A stretch of DNA of 64,000 nt, from contig MHCJ01000003.1 of the NCBI GenBank assembly GCA_001816585.1, positions 11,013 through 75,012 of the forward strand. Direction: 5' to 3'. This DNA comes from Candidatus Chisholmbacteria bacterium RIFCSPHIGHO2_01_FULL_52_32 (GTDB lineage Bacteria; Patescibacteriota; Microgenomatia; UBA1400; Chisholmbacteraceae). The notes beneath the pieces are model-generated. The model was not told the DNA's origin. It saw only the letters and a program-made list of their open reading frames with translations, and did not search any database. Positions 27,507-36,719 of the stretch are shown here, one piece after another. Both the position numbers and the translations under genes were made by a program. Positions within the stretch are counted from its first letter, which is position 1; each line of letters starts with the position of its first letter.

Positions 27507-29186
27507 TTAGGTTCCGTAATGGGTTAACCAAATAACGTAGTCCATACCGTCCACCATACTGTCTCTATTGAAGTCGCCGTCTGCGGGGCCGTTTGCGGTC
27601 GTGAGGTTATAATGGGCAAACCAGATGGTATAGTCGCTCGTATCCACTTTTCCGTCACCATTGGCATCTCCCGGGATAGGCGCTGGAGTCGGAACAGCGG
27701 TAGGGGTTGGGGTTGGAGTCGGCGTTGTTCCCGTGTTGTTCGTCACAGTCACCGTATATCCGGAAGGGGTCTGGGTATTAACGGTTACTGAGATGCCGAT
27801 CGGGTCGGAGAAGGTTTCTCCAACGGTCCACATCGCACCGGCGTCTCCGGTATTTCCGTTTCCATCCGGATCCACGACATGCGCTGGGTTCATTCTGGTG
27901 GTATCCACCTTGTGAATAATAACCGCCTCTCCGGGAAGTTTGATATCGTAGCCGGCCCAACGTCTCACCTCGACTGTAAAGAAGACGGTGGAAGATCCGG
28001 CGACCGGCAGGATAATCATCTTTACGTTCGTGGTTTGCGGAAGTGTAAGTTGCTCAAGGGTTGCAGTTTGCGTGCCGGAAGAAACCGTTAGCTTTTGGGC
28101 AGCGGGAATCCACTGCAACCTGTCTTTATGGAAGGAAATCGTATGCTGACCCAAACAGCCGTAGGTAGGATCCGTGGAGCGGGAACAGTTTGACCAGGTG
28201 TCACTCATGACGTCCCATCTATTGTCGTAGGTATAACCGTAATCACCGGACGAGTGCGGCAAGCCGAAGCCATGGCCCATCTCGTGAGCCAAGACGGTTT
28301 GGTTTCCATACCCCCAAGGCGGTTCCCAGGTTGAATACCAGAATCGGCTGGCTCCATCAAGCGTTGTCCAGCGGCTTCCACCCCATGCAGAACCATCCAA
28401 CTCGCCATTCAACATGATGTTGACCCCAAGATAATTTGGAAAGAAGACGTCGGGATCGGCAGCTGCCACACAGTCATTGAATATTGTGGTTAACATCTGT
28501 GAAGTGCCCAGGGAAGTATAGTAGGCTCTGGTATTTGGGAGGATATACCAGCCGACGGCTGTGGTTCCGTCGATATTGACTAAATCGTATGAGGATTCTT
28601 TCCAATAATGATTCAGGCCAGGTTTAGTTGATGAGAACAACCCCTGGAAATACGAAGGGCTTTTCGGTTCGGTGGCAATGTCCTGATATTTACAAAGGAT
28701 ATTGATCCACGGCTGAGATCCGGTGATGGCCGCCGCTACTTCTCCTAAGACCGGAGAGCCACCAGGGTTATTGACAGGCTGAATTTGGCTGGCTTCCAGG
28801 ACCTCAGTTATTTTTCCCTGTAAGGAGAGCCGTTTCAGCTGTCCCTTGACTGAGAGGCGGCGTCTATCCAGTGCCAGAATGCCACCGCTTTGCTGCTGCA
28901 GTGCATCGTTGATCACTATTTGTGTCGGTTTTCCTGCCTCATCAGACAACGAAAATATCAGTGCCGAGCGGCCTGTTCCCGGCGGTCCGTCGCCCCAAAG
29001 CAGTGACATTTGTCCAGACTGGGATACTTCCACGCTGGCTGGTTCACCGGGAAATTGCGAGAAGACCGGATCGACGCGGGACATCAAGAAGATACCGATA
29101 ATGGGGAGCAACAAGAGGGCCGTACTTTTCCACAGCCTTTGGGCAAATAGCAGGTAGGCAGCTTTGCTTAGATTTGGCAGGTTCAC
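27507..29186 (-). CDS. Secreted metzincin-type zinc metalloprotease with a C-terminal dockerin-like repeat pair
   Basis: Signal/TM at the N-terminus, HEMGHGFGLPHS (HExxHxxGxxH), TPTPTPT linker, then GDANGDGKVDTSDY...DGDFNRDSMVDGMDY (dockerin type I-like Ca-binding repeats). Confidence 0.65.
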   Translation of the reverse strand: MNLPNLSKAAYLLFAQRLWKSTALLLLPIIGIFLMSRVDPVFSQFPGEPASVEVSQSGQMSLLWGDGPPGTGRSALIFSLSDEAGKPTQIVINDALQQQSGGILALDRRRLSVKGQLKRLSLQGKITEVLEASQIQPVNNPGGSPVLGEVAAAITGSQPWINILCKYQDIATEPKSPSYFQGLFSSTKPGLNHYWKESSYDLVNIDGTTAVGWYILPNTRAYYTSLGTSQMLTTIFNDCVAAADPDVFFPNYLGVNIMLNGELDGSAWGGSRWTTLDGASRFWYSTWEPPWGYGNQTVLAHEMGHGFGLPHSSGDYGYTYDNRWDVMSDTWSNCSRSTDPTYGCLGQHTISFHKDRLQWIPAAQKLTVSSGTQTATLEQLTLPQTTNVKMIILPVAGSSTVFFTVEVRRWAGYDIKLPGEAVIIHKVDTTRMNPAHVVDPDGNGNTGDAGAMWTVGETFSDPIGISVTVNTQTPSGYTVTVTNNTGTTPTPTPTPTAVPTPAPIPGDANGDGKVDTSDYTIWFAHYNLTTANGPADGDFNRDSMVDGMDYVIWLTHYGT

Positions 29187-29187
29187 G

Positions 29188-29580
29188 TTACTCTTCCATT
29201 AAGTCATCTGCCAACTTCAATGTCAAGACGATGATTTTATCCTGGTTTGCGGAGAGCGACGTTCCAACCACGGTGACTCTGGTGCGGTCGAGGGAAAGAG
29301 GACCACCCAGCTTTTTTATCAATATGTCATTGATGAGGAGTTCGGTTGTTCGTCCTTCGTCATCCGTAAGCAAGTATTGTGGTTCTCCGTTCCAGATTAT
29401 GGTTAACCAACCCGTCAGGGAAATTCTATCTAGATCCATGAGTAATGACGGTTCTGGCTTTGTTGGCGGAGGAACACTAGCCGTTCTATTTTGTCTCACT
29501 AATGCGATTGCTACGGTCAGAGTCAGAAAGACCAAACCGAGCAGCCATGCTTTTTTGTTTTGGTTTGCCCTTGAACTCAT
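29188..29580 (-). CDS. Hypothetical membrane-anchored protein
   Basis: The track ORF 29188..29616 starts at TTG; the ATG is at 29580. Has a signal anchor (AWLLGLVFLTLTVAIAL). Confidence 0.35.
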   Translation of the reverse strand: MSSRANQNKKAWLLGLVFLTLTVAIALVRQNRTASVPPPTKPEPSLLMDLDRISLTGWLTIIWNGEPQYLLTDDEGRTTELLINDILIKKLGGPLSLDRTRVTVVGTSLSANQDKIIVLTLKLADDLMEE

Positions 29581-29735
29581 CGTTTTGATTCTGGCAAGAA
29601 GTGTTGTGGCTGTCAAGCATATCCGGATGAATCTTCGAGCGGAATCCTGAAAAGAAGCAGGATTACCAACCTTGAAAGGTCAAACCTTGCAAGGTTGGGT
29701 GGACAGAGGGTTTGGATGGTCTGTACAATGAAGCT

Positions 29736-30392
29736 ATGGAATCTGCCCGAGGCTGGCGGCTGGCGGCTGTTTTTATCGCTCTTCTTGTCCTTATTGTCGG
29801 TGTTTGGATGGCGACCCGTTCTCGACAGCAAAAACCCCAGACGAAGGTGAATGAGGTGACCCTGACCCGTGGAGATGTGTCCATTACCGTGACTCGGGAA
29901 GGGGCGATGACGGTACGGACCCCTGAAGGGTTGTTTGAGCAGCAGTGGGATGAACAGCGCGTGCGGGCGTTTTTTGCCCAGTTTGAAAGCGAGGATTTTT
30001 CCCGTTTCCGCCGATTCGATGAAACAACAGAAGGGTATATGTTAACCCTTGTTTCTGATGGTGGGCAACGGACTACTTTTGTCGTGCCTTTTTTGGATAT
30101 ACCAATCCCTCCATCTGTTGAGGAATTGATCAAGGTTCTTGAAGAAGTGACGAGCGGGGGAGGTTTGCCGTCCCCGACGCCATTTCCTACGGTTGGCTTC
30201 TGGCCGACCCAGCCGCCTTTTCCGACCCCAACCCAAATGCCGTTTTATCAGCCCTTACCGACTCCGACCCCAACCCCGACGCAGGGCGGAAGTAGTGGAG
30301 GTACAGATCCCCGGCAACCCTTTACGTGCTCCTTTTCCGATCCGACGATTCGCCCCGACGTGCTCTCTGAGACGGTGTGCACGCCGGAGTAA
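29736..30392 (+). CDS. Hypothetical membrane-anchored protein with a Pro/Thr-rich C-terminus
   Basis: ATG at 29736. TM anchor RLAAVFIALLVLIVGVWMA and PTPTPTPTQ low-complexity tail. Confidence 0.4.
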   Translation: MESARGWRLAAVFIALLVLIVGVWMATRSRQQKPQTKVNEVTLTRGDVSITVTREGAMTVRTPEGLFEQQWDEQRVRAFFAQFESEDFSRFRRFDETTEGYMLTLVSDGGQRTTFVVPFLDIPIPPSVEELIKVLEEVTSGGGLPSPTPFPTVGFWPTQPPFPTPTQMPFYQPLPTPTPTPTQGGSSGGTDPRQPFTCSFSDPTIRPDVLSETVCTPE

Positions 30393-30396
30393 CCCA

Positions 30397-30480
30397 GGGT
30401 ATAGGTTTTAGGGTATAGGGTCTAGGGTTTAGGATAGGGACCTCAGTTTTCAGCCTTCAGTCTTCAGTTTTCAGTTTGTA
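30397..30480. repeat. Heptamer repeat tract (TAGGGTx then TTCAGTC types)
   Basis: gtatagg ttttagg gtatagg gtctagg gtttagg ... tcagttt tcagcct tcagtct tcagttt tcagttt. Confidence 0.75.
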
Positions 30481-30503
30481 GCCTGGGTATGGAAGTTCGC
30501 TTC

Positions 30504-31916
30504 CTAGAGTTCGGTCCAGGAGATGAGGTCGTAGGTCCCGAAAGAGGGGTAATAGGGCGGGGGGTTGATGGCAATGTTGGGATCGAAGGTGATGGTTCGG
30601 GTTCGGAAGCCTGAAATCGGCTCGGTGCCGAAATTCCAGTAGGATTTTTCGTATGAGATGAGGGAGCCGTAGATAGAGAGGCTGTTTCTCACGGCGCTGG
30701 GGTGGTCGCCGCAATACGAAAGATACCCGTGCCGGATGACGGCGCCTTGCTGGGCCAGGAGGGCAGCGTCGACCTCAAAATCGTCGGGAACATCACGGAC
30801 AAAGTAGATGTCATTGTTGGCGATCAGTCCCAACGCGTGGTTCCCATCTTTGGCGAGGTACTTGAGATTGTCAGTAATCCAGACGTCGGTCTTTGCGGTT
30901 TGGATGGGGAATTTGGCAGCGACGACCGTAGTTCTGCCGTTGACTGTCCCGCTTATCCAGGTGAAATCTTCGAGGAAGATGACCGGGGCATCCGAGAGGC
31001 TGTAGGTGGCAAGTAAGGTTTGGTTCTGGATGGTCTGGCGGCGGTTGGCGCAACCGTCGTTCACGGCCCAGCCGTGCTCGCGTTTGGCCGAGATCACCTG
31101 GTAGATGTCCACGGTTCCGTTGTCCTTAAAGATCAAATTATATCCGTAGTAGCCAGACGGACCATAGTAGACCCCATTGGCTTGGGCTTCACTTTTGAGT
31201 TTTCCAAAATCGTAAGAAATTGCATTAAAGTCAATGAGCGTGACAGGAAATTTCCACAGACTCTGGTCCACTCCCGTTCCCCACACTCCCGGTTTATCTT
31301 CCGGAGGGCTACAGCCCGTTTCCTTGCCGCAGACGTAGGTTTCCTGGGCGCTGGTGATGAGGGAGGTGTTGACCCCATCCTGGCGAATGCCGGTGTTCGT
31401 ATGGGCTCTGCCGTTGACCGTCATACCTGAACCTAACCAGAGGCTGGCGTTCGAGAGGAAGGCGAAACTCGCGTAGGAGGTTTGTCCGAGGCGCACGGTT
31501 ATCGACCGCTGAATGGTCGGATAGCGGAGGGTCCGGCCTGTGGATTTGATGGTGACGATGGTCGAACCCTCTCCCGGAGGTGTGATTTCCAGGCTGAAGT
31601 TTCCTATCGGAGCACCTTGGGGGTCACGGTACTCATGTTCATACGGCCCCGGACCTCCGGTGCCGTCGGAAAAGTCGGTCGGAGCTTGGAAGAGGTGCCA
31701 GCGGTAGTAGTTGATGCCTGCCTCCGCGATATGGTATGCCTGATCGCCGGCGACTTGGCGGAAGGTGAAGTCAAATTGAGTGGCGATAACCGCCAAAAGC
31801 GAGTAAATGACGATGGAGAAGATCGCCGCGGTGATGAGAAGGGAGATGAGAATAGAACCGTTCTGGGCGTAGAGCGTAGAGCGTAGAGCGTAGAGTTTAG
31901 AGCTGTGTAGTTTCAT
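30504..31916 (-). CDS. Pilin/pseudopilin-like protein (type IV pilus or T2SS minor pilin-like) with a repeat-encoded leader
   Basis: Leader MKLHSSKLYALRSTLYAQNG then a hydrophobic SILISLLITAAIFSIVIYSL (class III signal-like, Ser at +5). The leader is encoded by CGTAGAG x4 (31867-31905). Confidence 0.5.
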   Translation of the reverse strand: MKLHSSKLYALRSTLYAQNGSILISLLITAAIFSIVIYSLLAVIATQFDFTFRQVAGDQAYHIAEAGINYYRWHLFQAPTDFSDGTGGPGPYEHEYRDPQGAPIGNFSLEITPPGEGSTIVTIKSTGRTLRYPTIQRSITVRLGQTSYASFAFLSNASLWLGSGMTVNGRAHTNTGIRQDGVNTSLITSAQETYVCGKETGCSPPEDKPGVWGTGVDQSLWKFPVTLIDFNAISYDFGKLKSEAQANGVYYGPSGYYGYNLIFKDNGTVDIYQVISAKREHGWAVNDGCANRRQTIQNQTLLATYSLSDAPVIFLEDFTWISGTVNGRTTVVAAKFPIQTAKTDVWITDNLKYLAKDGNHALGLIANNDIYFVRDVPDDFEVDAALLAQQGAVIRHGYLSYCGDHPSAVRNSLSIYGSLISYEKSYWNFGTEPISGFRTRTITFDPNIAINPPPYYPSFGTYDLISWTEL

Positions 31917-32608
31917 AGATTGGTTTTAAGCGATCGGATTTGGACGAAGGGTTCCAGGCTAAACTCCGACTCCGGATGGGTAGGGTCGGCATTGACGCGA
32001 ACGGAAACTTTCACGAGCGTTACCGCATTGAGGGGGGCCGGTGTAGACAGCGGATTGGTGGTGGTTTCCACCGGCCAATCTTGGTTGTAGTAGGAGAAGA
32101 CGGGCGATGCTCCGTTTCTGATGTCCTCGGCAACGGTTTTTACCTGTTCGTTCTCCGAGGGATAGGAGACGGGAAAGCCGGTCGGTTGGACCGTTCCCTT
32201 CTTTAGCTCCGTTCCGTCAAGGTAATAGCGGACGTGCTCGATTTGCGGATCCGAGTCGACGTTGGCATAAAAAATAATTTCCTGCGCATCGGCCTTTTCA
32301 AGCGGAAAGGAGCCTGCCTCGGATGGGCGACTGCTTCGAAGCTCGTCGGTGAGCGTTCGCAGGGAAGCATTGGCGTTCTCAATCGTAAAGATCGTCCGGA
32401 GGGAAAAATTCTCGCTCGTTCCTAAGGATGACTGGAGGGCAACCACCGTGCCAAGGAGAGCGACGAAAATCGACATACCGATAAGAATTTCGATCATGGT
32501 AAACCCGGCTCGCCCTTGGCGAGAGTTAAAAGTTAAAAGTGCAAAGTTAAAAGTTGAAGATCGGGTTATACTGTCTTGGAGTTTTGTACTCAATTTTGAA
32601 TTTTTCAT
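31913..32608 (-). CDS. Type IV prepilin-like protein (canonical N-methylation motif)
   Basis: ...QGRAG|FTMIEILIGMSIFVALLG (G-F-T-x-I-E consensus). Best start is ATG at 32608 (MKNSKLSTKLQDSITRSSTFNFALLTFNSR...), not the track's 32863. The leader contains a GTTAAAA heptamer tract. Confidence 0.65.
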   Translation of the reverse strand: MKNSKLSTKLQDSITRSSTFNFALLTFNSRQGRAGFTMIEILIGMSIFVALLGTVVALQSSLGTSENFSLRTIFTIENANASLRTLTDELRSSRPSEAGSFPLEKADAQEIIFYANVDSDPQIEHVRYYLDGTELKKGTVQPTGFPVSYPSENEQVKTVAEDIRNGASPVFSYYNQDWPVETTTNPLSTPAPLNAVTLVKVSVRVNADPTHPESEFSLEPFVQIRSLKTNL

Positions 32609-32627
32609 TTTGACTTTTGTACTTAAT

Positions 32628-33965
32628 TTACAGCGAATCGAGTTGGATGGTGCTTTCGGTTTGGCCGGAGACTTCGATCGTATCGGATTTCGGCATGAAG
32701 CCTTCCTTAGTGATCTGGGCGGTGAAGTTTCCGGAGGAGAGGGGGCTGAAAAAGGCCTGGCCGAAATCCGGAACATTCGCTTCGCCGGTGAATATGGTTT
32801 CATCGAAGTTTCCCGGACCCGTGAGATGGGCGCTGGCGCTGGCGATGGCCGATCCCGAGGCATCGGTCACGGCCAGGAGCAGGGAATCGGGGCTATGGAC
32901 TGCGGAGGCAAATGCCAAATCCAGAGAAGTATTCGGATAGAGGACGACGGGTCGGAGCGGGTTGGTTCCTGCAAGGTCCCAGGCACCGGGAGGGATAGTC
33001 AGTTGGTAGCTATCCCACTCCATGCCGGAAAGGCTGAGCGTGCCAGTCGGAGCAGTCTGGAGCTGTTTGTTGTACTTCGGAACGGGATCACCCAGACTGT
33101 CGAAACCTATGGTTTTTCCGCCCCTGAGGGTGAAGATTTGGTTCGGGAGGGTTCCGTAGCTGAAGTCCCGATCCCTCTTTGAGAAAATTATGAGGGTCGA
33201 GGTGTGATCGATTGCAAAGCTTACTTCCGTTACCTGGCCTTCGATCAGGGTGGCATGGGGCTTTGCCGGATTTGTCACTTCGAGGCTTGAGTACGTGCGG
33301 TCGGTCGAAAAGTCGGTTTTGGTTGCGGTAATCTGGTAACAATTGGTACATGTTGGGGCTCCGGGGAGGATGATGCGGCCATCATCGGCGGTCTGAAGGG
33401 TGAGGTTTACTGGCGGGGAAACCTCGTTATTGACGATTGTTACATCGGCTTGTGAAACAGGCTGGGCGCTTGAGTCGAACACGAGGATTGCGAGCGTGCC
33501 CCCTCCTGCCGCGGCATTCGAGGCAATGTCGGTCACGAGGGTGACCGACTCTCCGGCAACAAATCTCCCTGTCCAGGAAACATCTACCCGGATGCGTTTG
33601 TAGTCGGCAGGACTAAGGTCGGACGGAGCTACCTGATCAAAGGGGTCATCGATGTAGATCACTGCGGTTCGCACTGTGTACGTCAGCCCGTTTCTGTCGA
33701 CACTTTCTTGTTGGGGAATTACTCCTTGGGGGATTCCGCCGACCACACCGAGTGAAGCATAGGGAAGGTTGTGCAGTTGTTCAATTTTTTCATTTCCCAA
33801 CTGCCTTGCGGTGATGCGGGTTCGAGAATTTCCGAGAAGATCGTAGGCGGCGATAATGAGGCTTCCGAACGCATGAAAGAGGATGATGAGGATCCCAAGA
33901 CCAACGAGGGCTTCGATGAGGCTTTGACCATGCTCTGAATATCGGTGGGGCAGAGCGGACTTCAT
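32628..33965 (-). CDS. Pilin/pseudopilin-like large protein
   Basis: N-terminal ...EHGQSLIEALVGLGILIILF (prepilin-like G-x-x-L-I-E plus a hydrophobic helix), then a 400-aa beta-rich extracellular region. Confidence 0.5.
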   Translation of the reverse strand: MKSALPHRYSEHGQSLIEALVGLGILIILFHAFGSLIIAAYDLLGNSRTRITARQLGNEKIEQLHNLPYASLGVVGGIPQGVIPQQESVDRNGLTYTVRTAVIYIDDPFDQVAPSDLSPADYKRIRVDVSWTGRFVAGESVTLVTDIASNAAAGGGTLAILVFDSSAQPVSQADVTIVNNEVSPPVNLTLQTADDGRIILPGAPTCTNCYQITATKTDFSTDRTYSSLEVTNPAKPHATLIEGQVTEVSFAIDHTSTLIIFSKRDRDFSYGTLPNQIFTLRGGKTIGFDSLGDPVPKYNKQLQTAPTGTLSLSGMEWDSYQLTIPPGAWDLAGTNPLRPVVLYPNTSLDLAFASAVHSPDSLLLAVTDASGSAIASASAHLTGPGNFDETIFTGEANVPDFGQAFFSPLSSGNFTAQITKEGFMPKSDTIEVSGQTESTIQLDSL

Positions 33966-34078
33966 TGCTGTTTTCAGTATAGCAAATGGCCGATGGCTGA
34001 TGGCAAATGGCTGATGGCTAATGGCAGATAGCAGAGACCTAAACCCTAACCCTAAACCCTAGACCCTAGACCCTTCTT
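33966..34078. repeat. Heptamer repeat tract (ATGGCTG/ATGGCAA then CCTAAAC/CCTAGAC types)
   Basis: aatggcc gatggct gatggca aatggct gatggct aatggca gatagca ... cctaaac cctaacc ctaaacc ctagacc ctagacc. Confidence 0.75.
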
Positions 34079-35164
34079 TCACCTTGGGAGGTCGACCTTG
34101 CTCATGTCGGAGACGGTGAGGCGATATGCGGGATTCACCGAGCGTGTTCCCTGGATCGTGGCATCTTTCCCGATCATTGAGGCCTCGATTCTTACCGGGA
34201 CATCGGCAATATCTGCGTCTTCCATTACGATTGAGTACTCAATGGCGGTGTTGGTCACCTCGCACCCTGAGCCAATTGAGGTGTAGGGACCGATGTGGCT
34301 GTCTTTGATGCGGACATGATCGCCGATTGAAATGGGGCCGACCAGACGGCTGTTTTGGATGGTTGAATGGAGGCCGACTGTGACGTTGCCGCTTAATTTT
34401 GATTGCTTGTCAACTTTTCCTTTGACGTCGAGCTTGCAGTTGAGTTCCAGAAGGAGGCGATTTGCCTCGAGTGAGTCGTCAAACTTTCCCGGGTCGAGCC
34501 ACTTCCCTTCAATTTTCTTGAATTCAACCTTATATCCGTTTTTAAGCATGTAGTTGTAGATCTCGGTTATTTCATATTCGCCGCGGGCGGATGGCTTGAT
34601 TGCCCCTTTCCCGCTGAAGGCTTTATGGACTTCGCGGGTGAAGAAGTACAGACCCGGCATACCGAGTTTATTGGGAGGATTTTTCGGTTTTTCTACCACC
34701 TTCACCAGCTTACCGTCCTTGAAGAAGGGTACGCCAAGACGGAAATTCTCTTCGTGTTCGACCATCGTCAGGAGGGCGTTGGCTTTGGTTTTGAGAAAGT
34801 GCTCGAACGGGCCCTTAATTCCTCTGGTGAAGATGTTGTCTCCCAGGATGTAGACAAACGGCTCGTTTCCGAGGAATTGGCGGGCTACTCTGATGACATG
34901 GCCGACGCCCAGGGGCTCAGCTTGGTTTATGTAGGTGAATTTTACTCCCCACTTCGAACCATCCCCGAGGACGCTTTCGACGGCAGATCGACTTTCGTTG
35001 ACCACAACCCCAATGTCTTTGATGCCGAGTGAAATCAATGACCCGAGGGGATACAGAAGGAGGGGTTTGTTCGCAATCGGGATGAGATGTTTGTTTGAGG
35101 TAAAGGTGAGCGGCCGGAGCCTGGTCCCTTTTCCCCCTGCAGCGATGAGGCCTTTGATTTGCAT
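34079..35164 (-). CDS. Sugar-phosphate nucleotidyltransferase (glucose-1-phosphate thymidylyl/uridylyltransferase-like) with a C-terminal left-handed beta-helix
   Basis: MQIKGLIAAGGKGTRLRPLTFTSNKHLIPIANKPLL (G-x-G-T-R-L NTP-transferase motif). Hexapeptide repeats in the C-terminal 120 aa. ATG at 35164. Confidence 0.75.
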   Translation of the reverse strand: MQIKGLIAAGGKGTRLRPLTFTSNKHLIPIANKPLLLYPLGSLISLGIKDIGVVVNESRSAVESVLGDGSKWGVKFTYINQAEPLGVGHVIRVARQFLGNEPFVYILGDNIFTRGIKGPFEHFLKTKANALLTMVEHEENFRLGVPFFKDGKLVKVVEKPKNPPNKLGMPGLYFFTREVHKAFSGKGAIKPSARGEYEITEIYNYMLKNGYKVEFKKIEGKWLDPGKFDDSLEANRLLLELNCKLDVKGKVDKQSKLSGNVTVGLHSTIQNSRLVGPISIGDHVRIKDSHIGPYTSIGSGCEVTNTAIEYSIVMEDADIADVPVRIEASMIGKDATIQGTRSVNPAYRLTVSDMSKVDLPR

Positions 35165-35384
35165 AGGACGTTGTCGCAGATTTCTATTGTAACACACACG
35201 AGTTTCGCGTTCTTTTTGAGATCGCGGAACAGAAATTTACTTGATCGCAAAAGGTTTGAAACGAGAATGAGAAATAGATTGCTTATCTAGCCAGACGAAT
35301 AGTCTGGCCTAGCGACCAGCGTAAATTTGTTCCGCGCTCTCATCGGGAAATGCTTGAGTGCGAAACTCGTGTTAGACTAAAGAT

Positions 35385-36695
35385 ATGGAGACACTTTTGA
35401 CCGAGAGTTTGTGGGGGGATGAGAGCTTTTCTGCGATGGCGGTGAAGCTGCCGTTTGGGGAAACGATGGGGGTGGTGATGCGGGACACCGCGCCGCCTTT
35501 ATTCTATTTTGTCGGTTGGATCTGGGGAAGGGTGTTTGGTTTTTCTGAAGTGGCGCTGAGGAGCTCGTCTCTGCTTCTCATGATAGGAGCTGCCGTCTTT
35601 GCCTACGCAATCGTCAAACGGATTGGGAAGGACAGGTTTGCGGCAATCGGAGCGGGTTTCCTCTCACTGTTGAGTCCATTTCTCGTTCCGTTTGCTTTTG
35701 AGTTTCGAATGTACGCGCTGTTTGCCTTTCTGGTCGTCGGATCGGTGTACTTTTTTATCGCGAGGAAATGGCGAAGCTATGTCGTGTTTACGGTGGCTGC
35801 GCTTTACAGCCACCATTACGCATTGTTTACCGTTTTCGGGCAGTTTGTCTGGTTTTTGGTGACGGAGTTTCATTGGAAAAGTTGGCGGACCTTCCCTCGA
35901 CAGCTCTGGCCGTTCGTTTTGATCGGCGCGCTTTACATCCCTTGGCTTTATCCGTTTTACCTGCAGATTGCCCGGGTGAAGGGAGCGGGTTTTTGGCTTC
36001 AGGCGCCCGGAGTGTGGGAAATCTTAGGGACCTTGGGTCGTTTTGCAACGGGGGGGGTTCCCGCCGGCTTTGTGTTGCCGACGGCTTTTTTGGTGGGAGG
36101 GCTTCTTCTTGGTAAAGATTGGAAGCGGATCGGCAAACGGTGGCTCGAGCTGTTTGTGATTTTCCTGATGCCGGTTGCGGTAGCGGTTGGGATTTCCCAT
36201 GTTCTGACGCCAATTTTCTACGACCGTTACCTGTTGTCGGTGGCGATCGGGACGGTTATCTTAACCACTCTGGGTATCCGGGGACGGTTTCGGGCGGGTC
36301 TCTTTATGCTTCTGGTTCTGTATGGCTATGTCAGTTTTACGCTCTTTACGCATCCGACGAAGCGACCGTTCCGGGAATTGGCGGCGTACGTTCATTCGGA
36401 ACAACTCGAGGGTGATTTCTTCATTAATTACAACGGGCGGGCCCATCATTTATGGGAATCGAAGTATTACGGGATTTCCGCACCGATCTACACTCCTGCC
36501 GGACCGCTGCCTTTATATGTCGGCACCGCCCAAATGACAGCGGAGGATACCGTGGCGAAATTGCCGGAACAGGCTTTGCGACTTGGGGTCATCACCAGCG
36601 ACCCGGCAGAGACAATTGTTTTGCCCGGAGGCTTCAGGCGCGCCGGTATAAAGGAGTTTGGGGAGTTGAAGGTAGTGTGGTTCTCACACCTTTAA
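35385..36695 (+). CDS. Polytopic membrane protein, GT-C-like glycosyltransferase candidate (ArnT/PMT-like)
   Basis: 12 or more predicted TM helices and a first-loop WGDE acidic motif, typical of the GT-C fold. The family call is tentative. Confidence 0.45.
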   Translation: METLLTESLWGDESFSAMAVKLPFGETMGVVMRDTAPPLFYFVGWIWGRVFGFSEVALRSSSLLLMIGAAVFAYAIVKRIGKDRFAAIGAGFLSLLSPFLVPFAFEFRMYALFAFLVVGSVYFFIARKWRSYVVFTVAALYSHHYALFTVFGQFVWFLVTEFHWKSWRTFPRQLWPFVLIGALYIPWLYPFYLQIARVKGAGFWLQAPGVWEILGTLGRFATGGVPAGFVLPTAFLVGGLLLGKDWKRIGKRWLELFVIFLMPVAVAVGISHVLTPIFYDRYLLSVAIGTVILTTLGIRGRFRAGLFMLLVLYGYVSFTLFTHPTKRPFRELAAYVHSEQLEGDFFINYNGRAHHLWESKYYGISAPIYTPAGPLPLYVGTAQMTAEDTVAKLPEQALRLGVITSDPAETIVLPGGFRRAGIKEFGELKVVWFSHL

Positions 36696-36719
36696 AGGAG
36701 ACTCCCTGCAAGGTTGGTG

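Noticed and set aside
31913-32863. Full-length 316-aa track ORF overlapping the upstream gene 32628..33965 by 235 bp
   Set aside because: The Pro/Ser/Arg-rich N-terminal 85 residues look non-coding, and the prepilin signal needs a short leader. The internal ATG at 32608 removes the overlap and yields a sensible prepilin.
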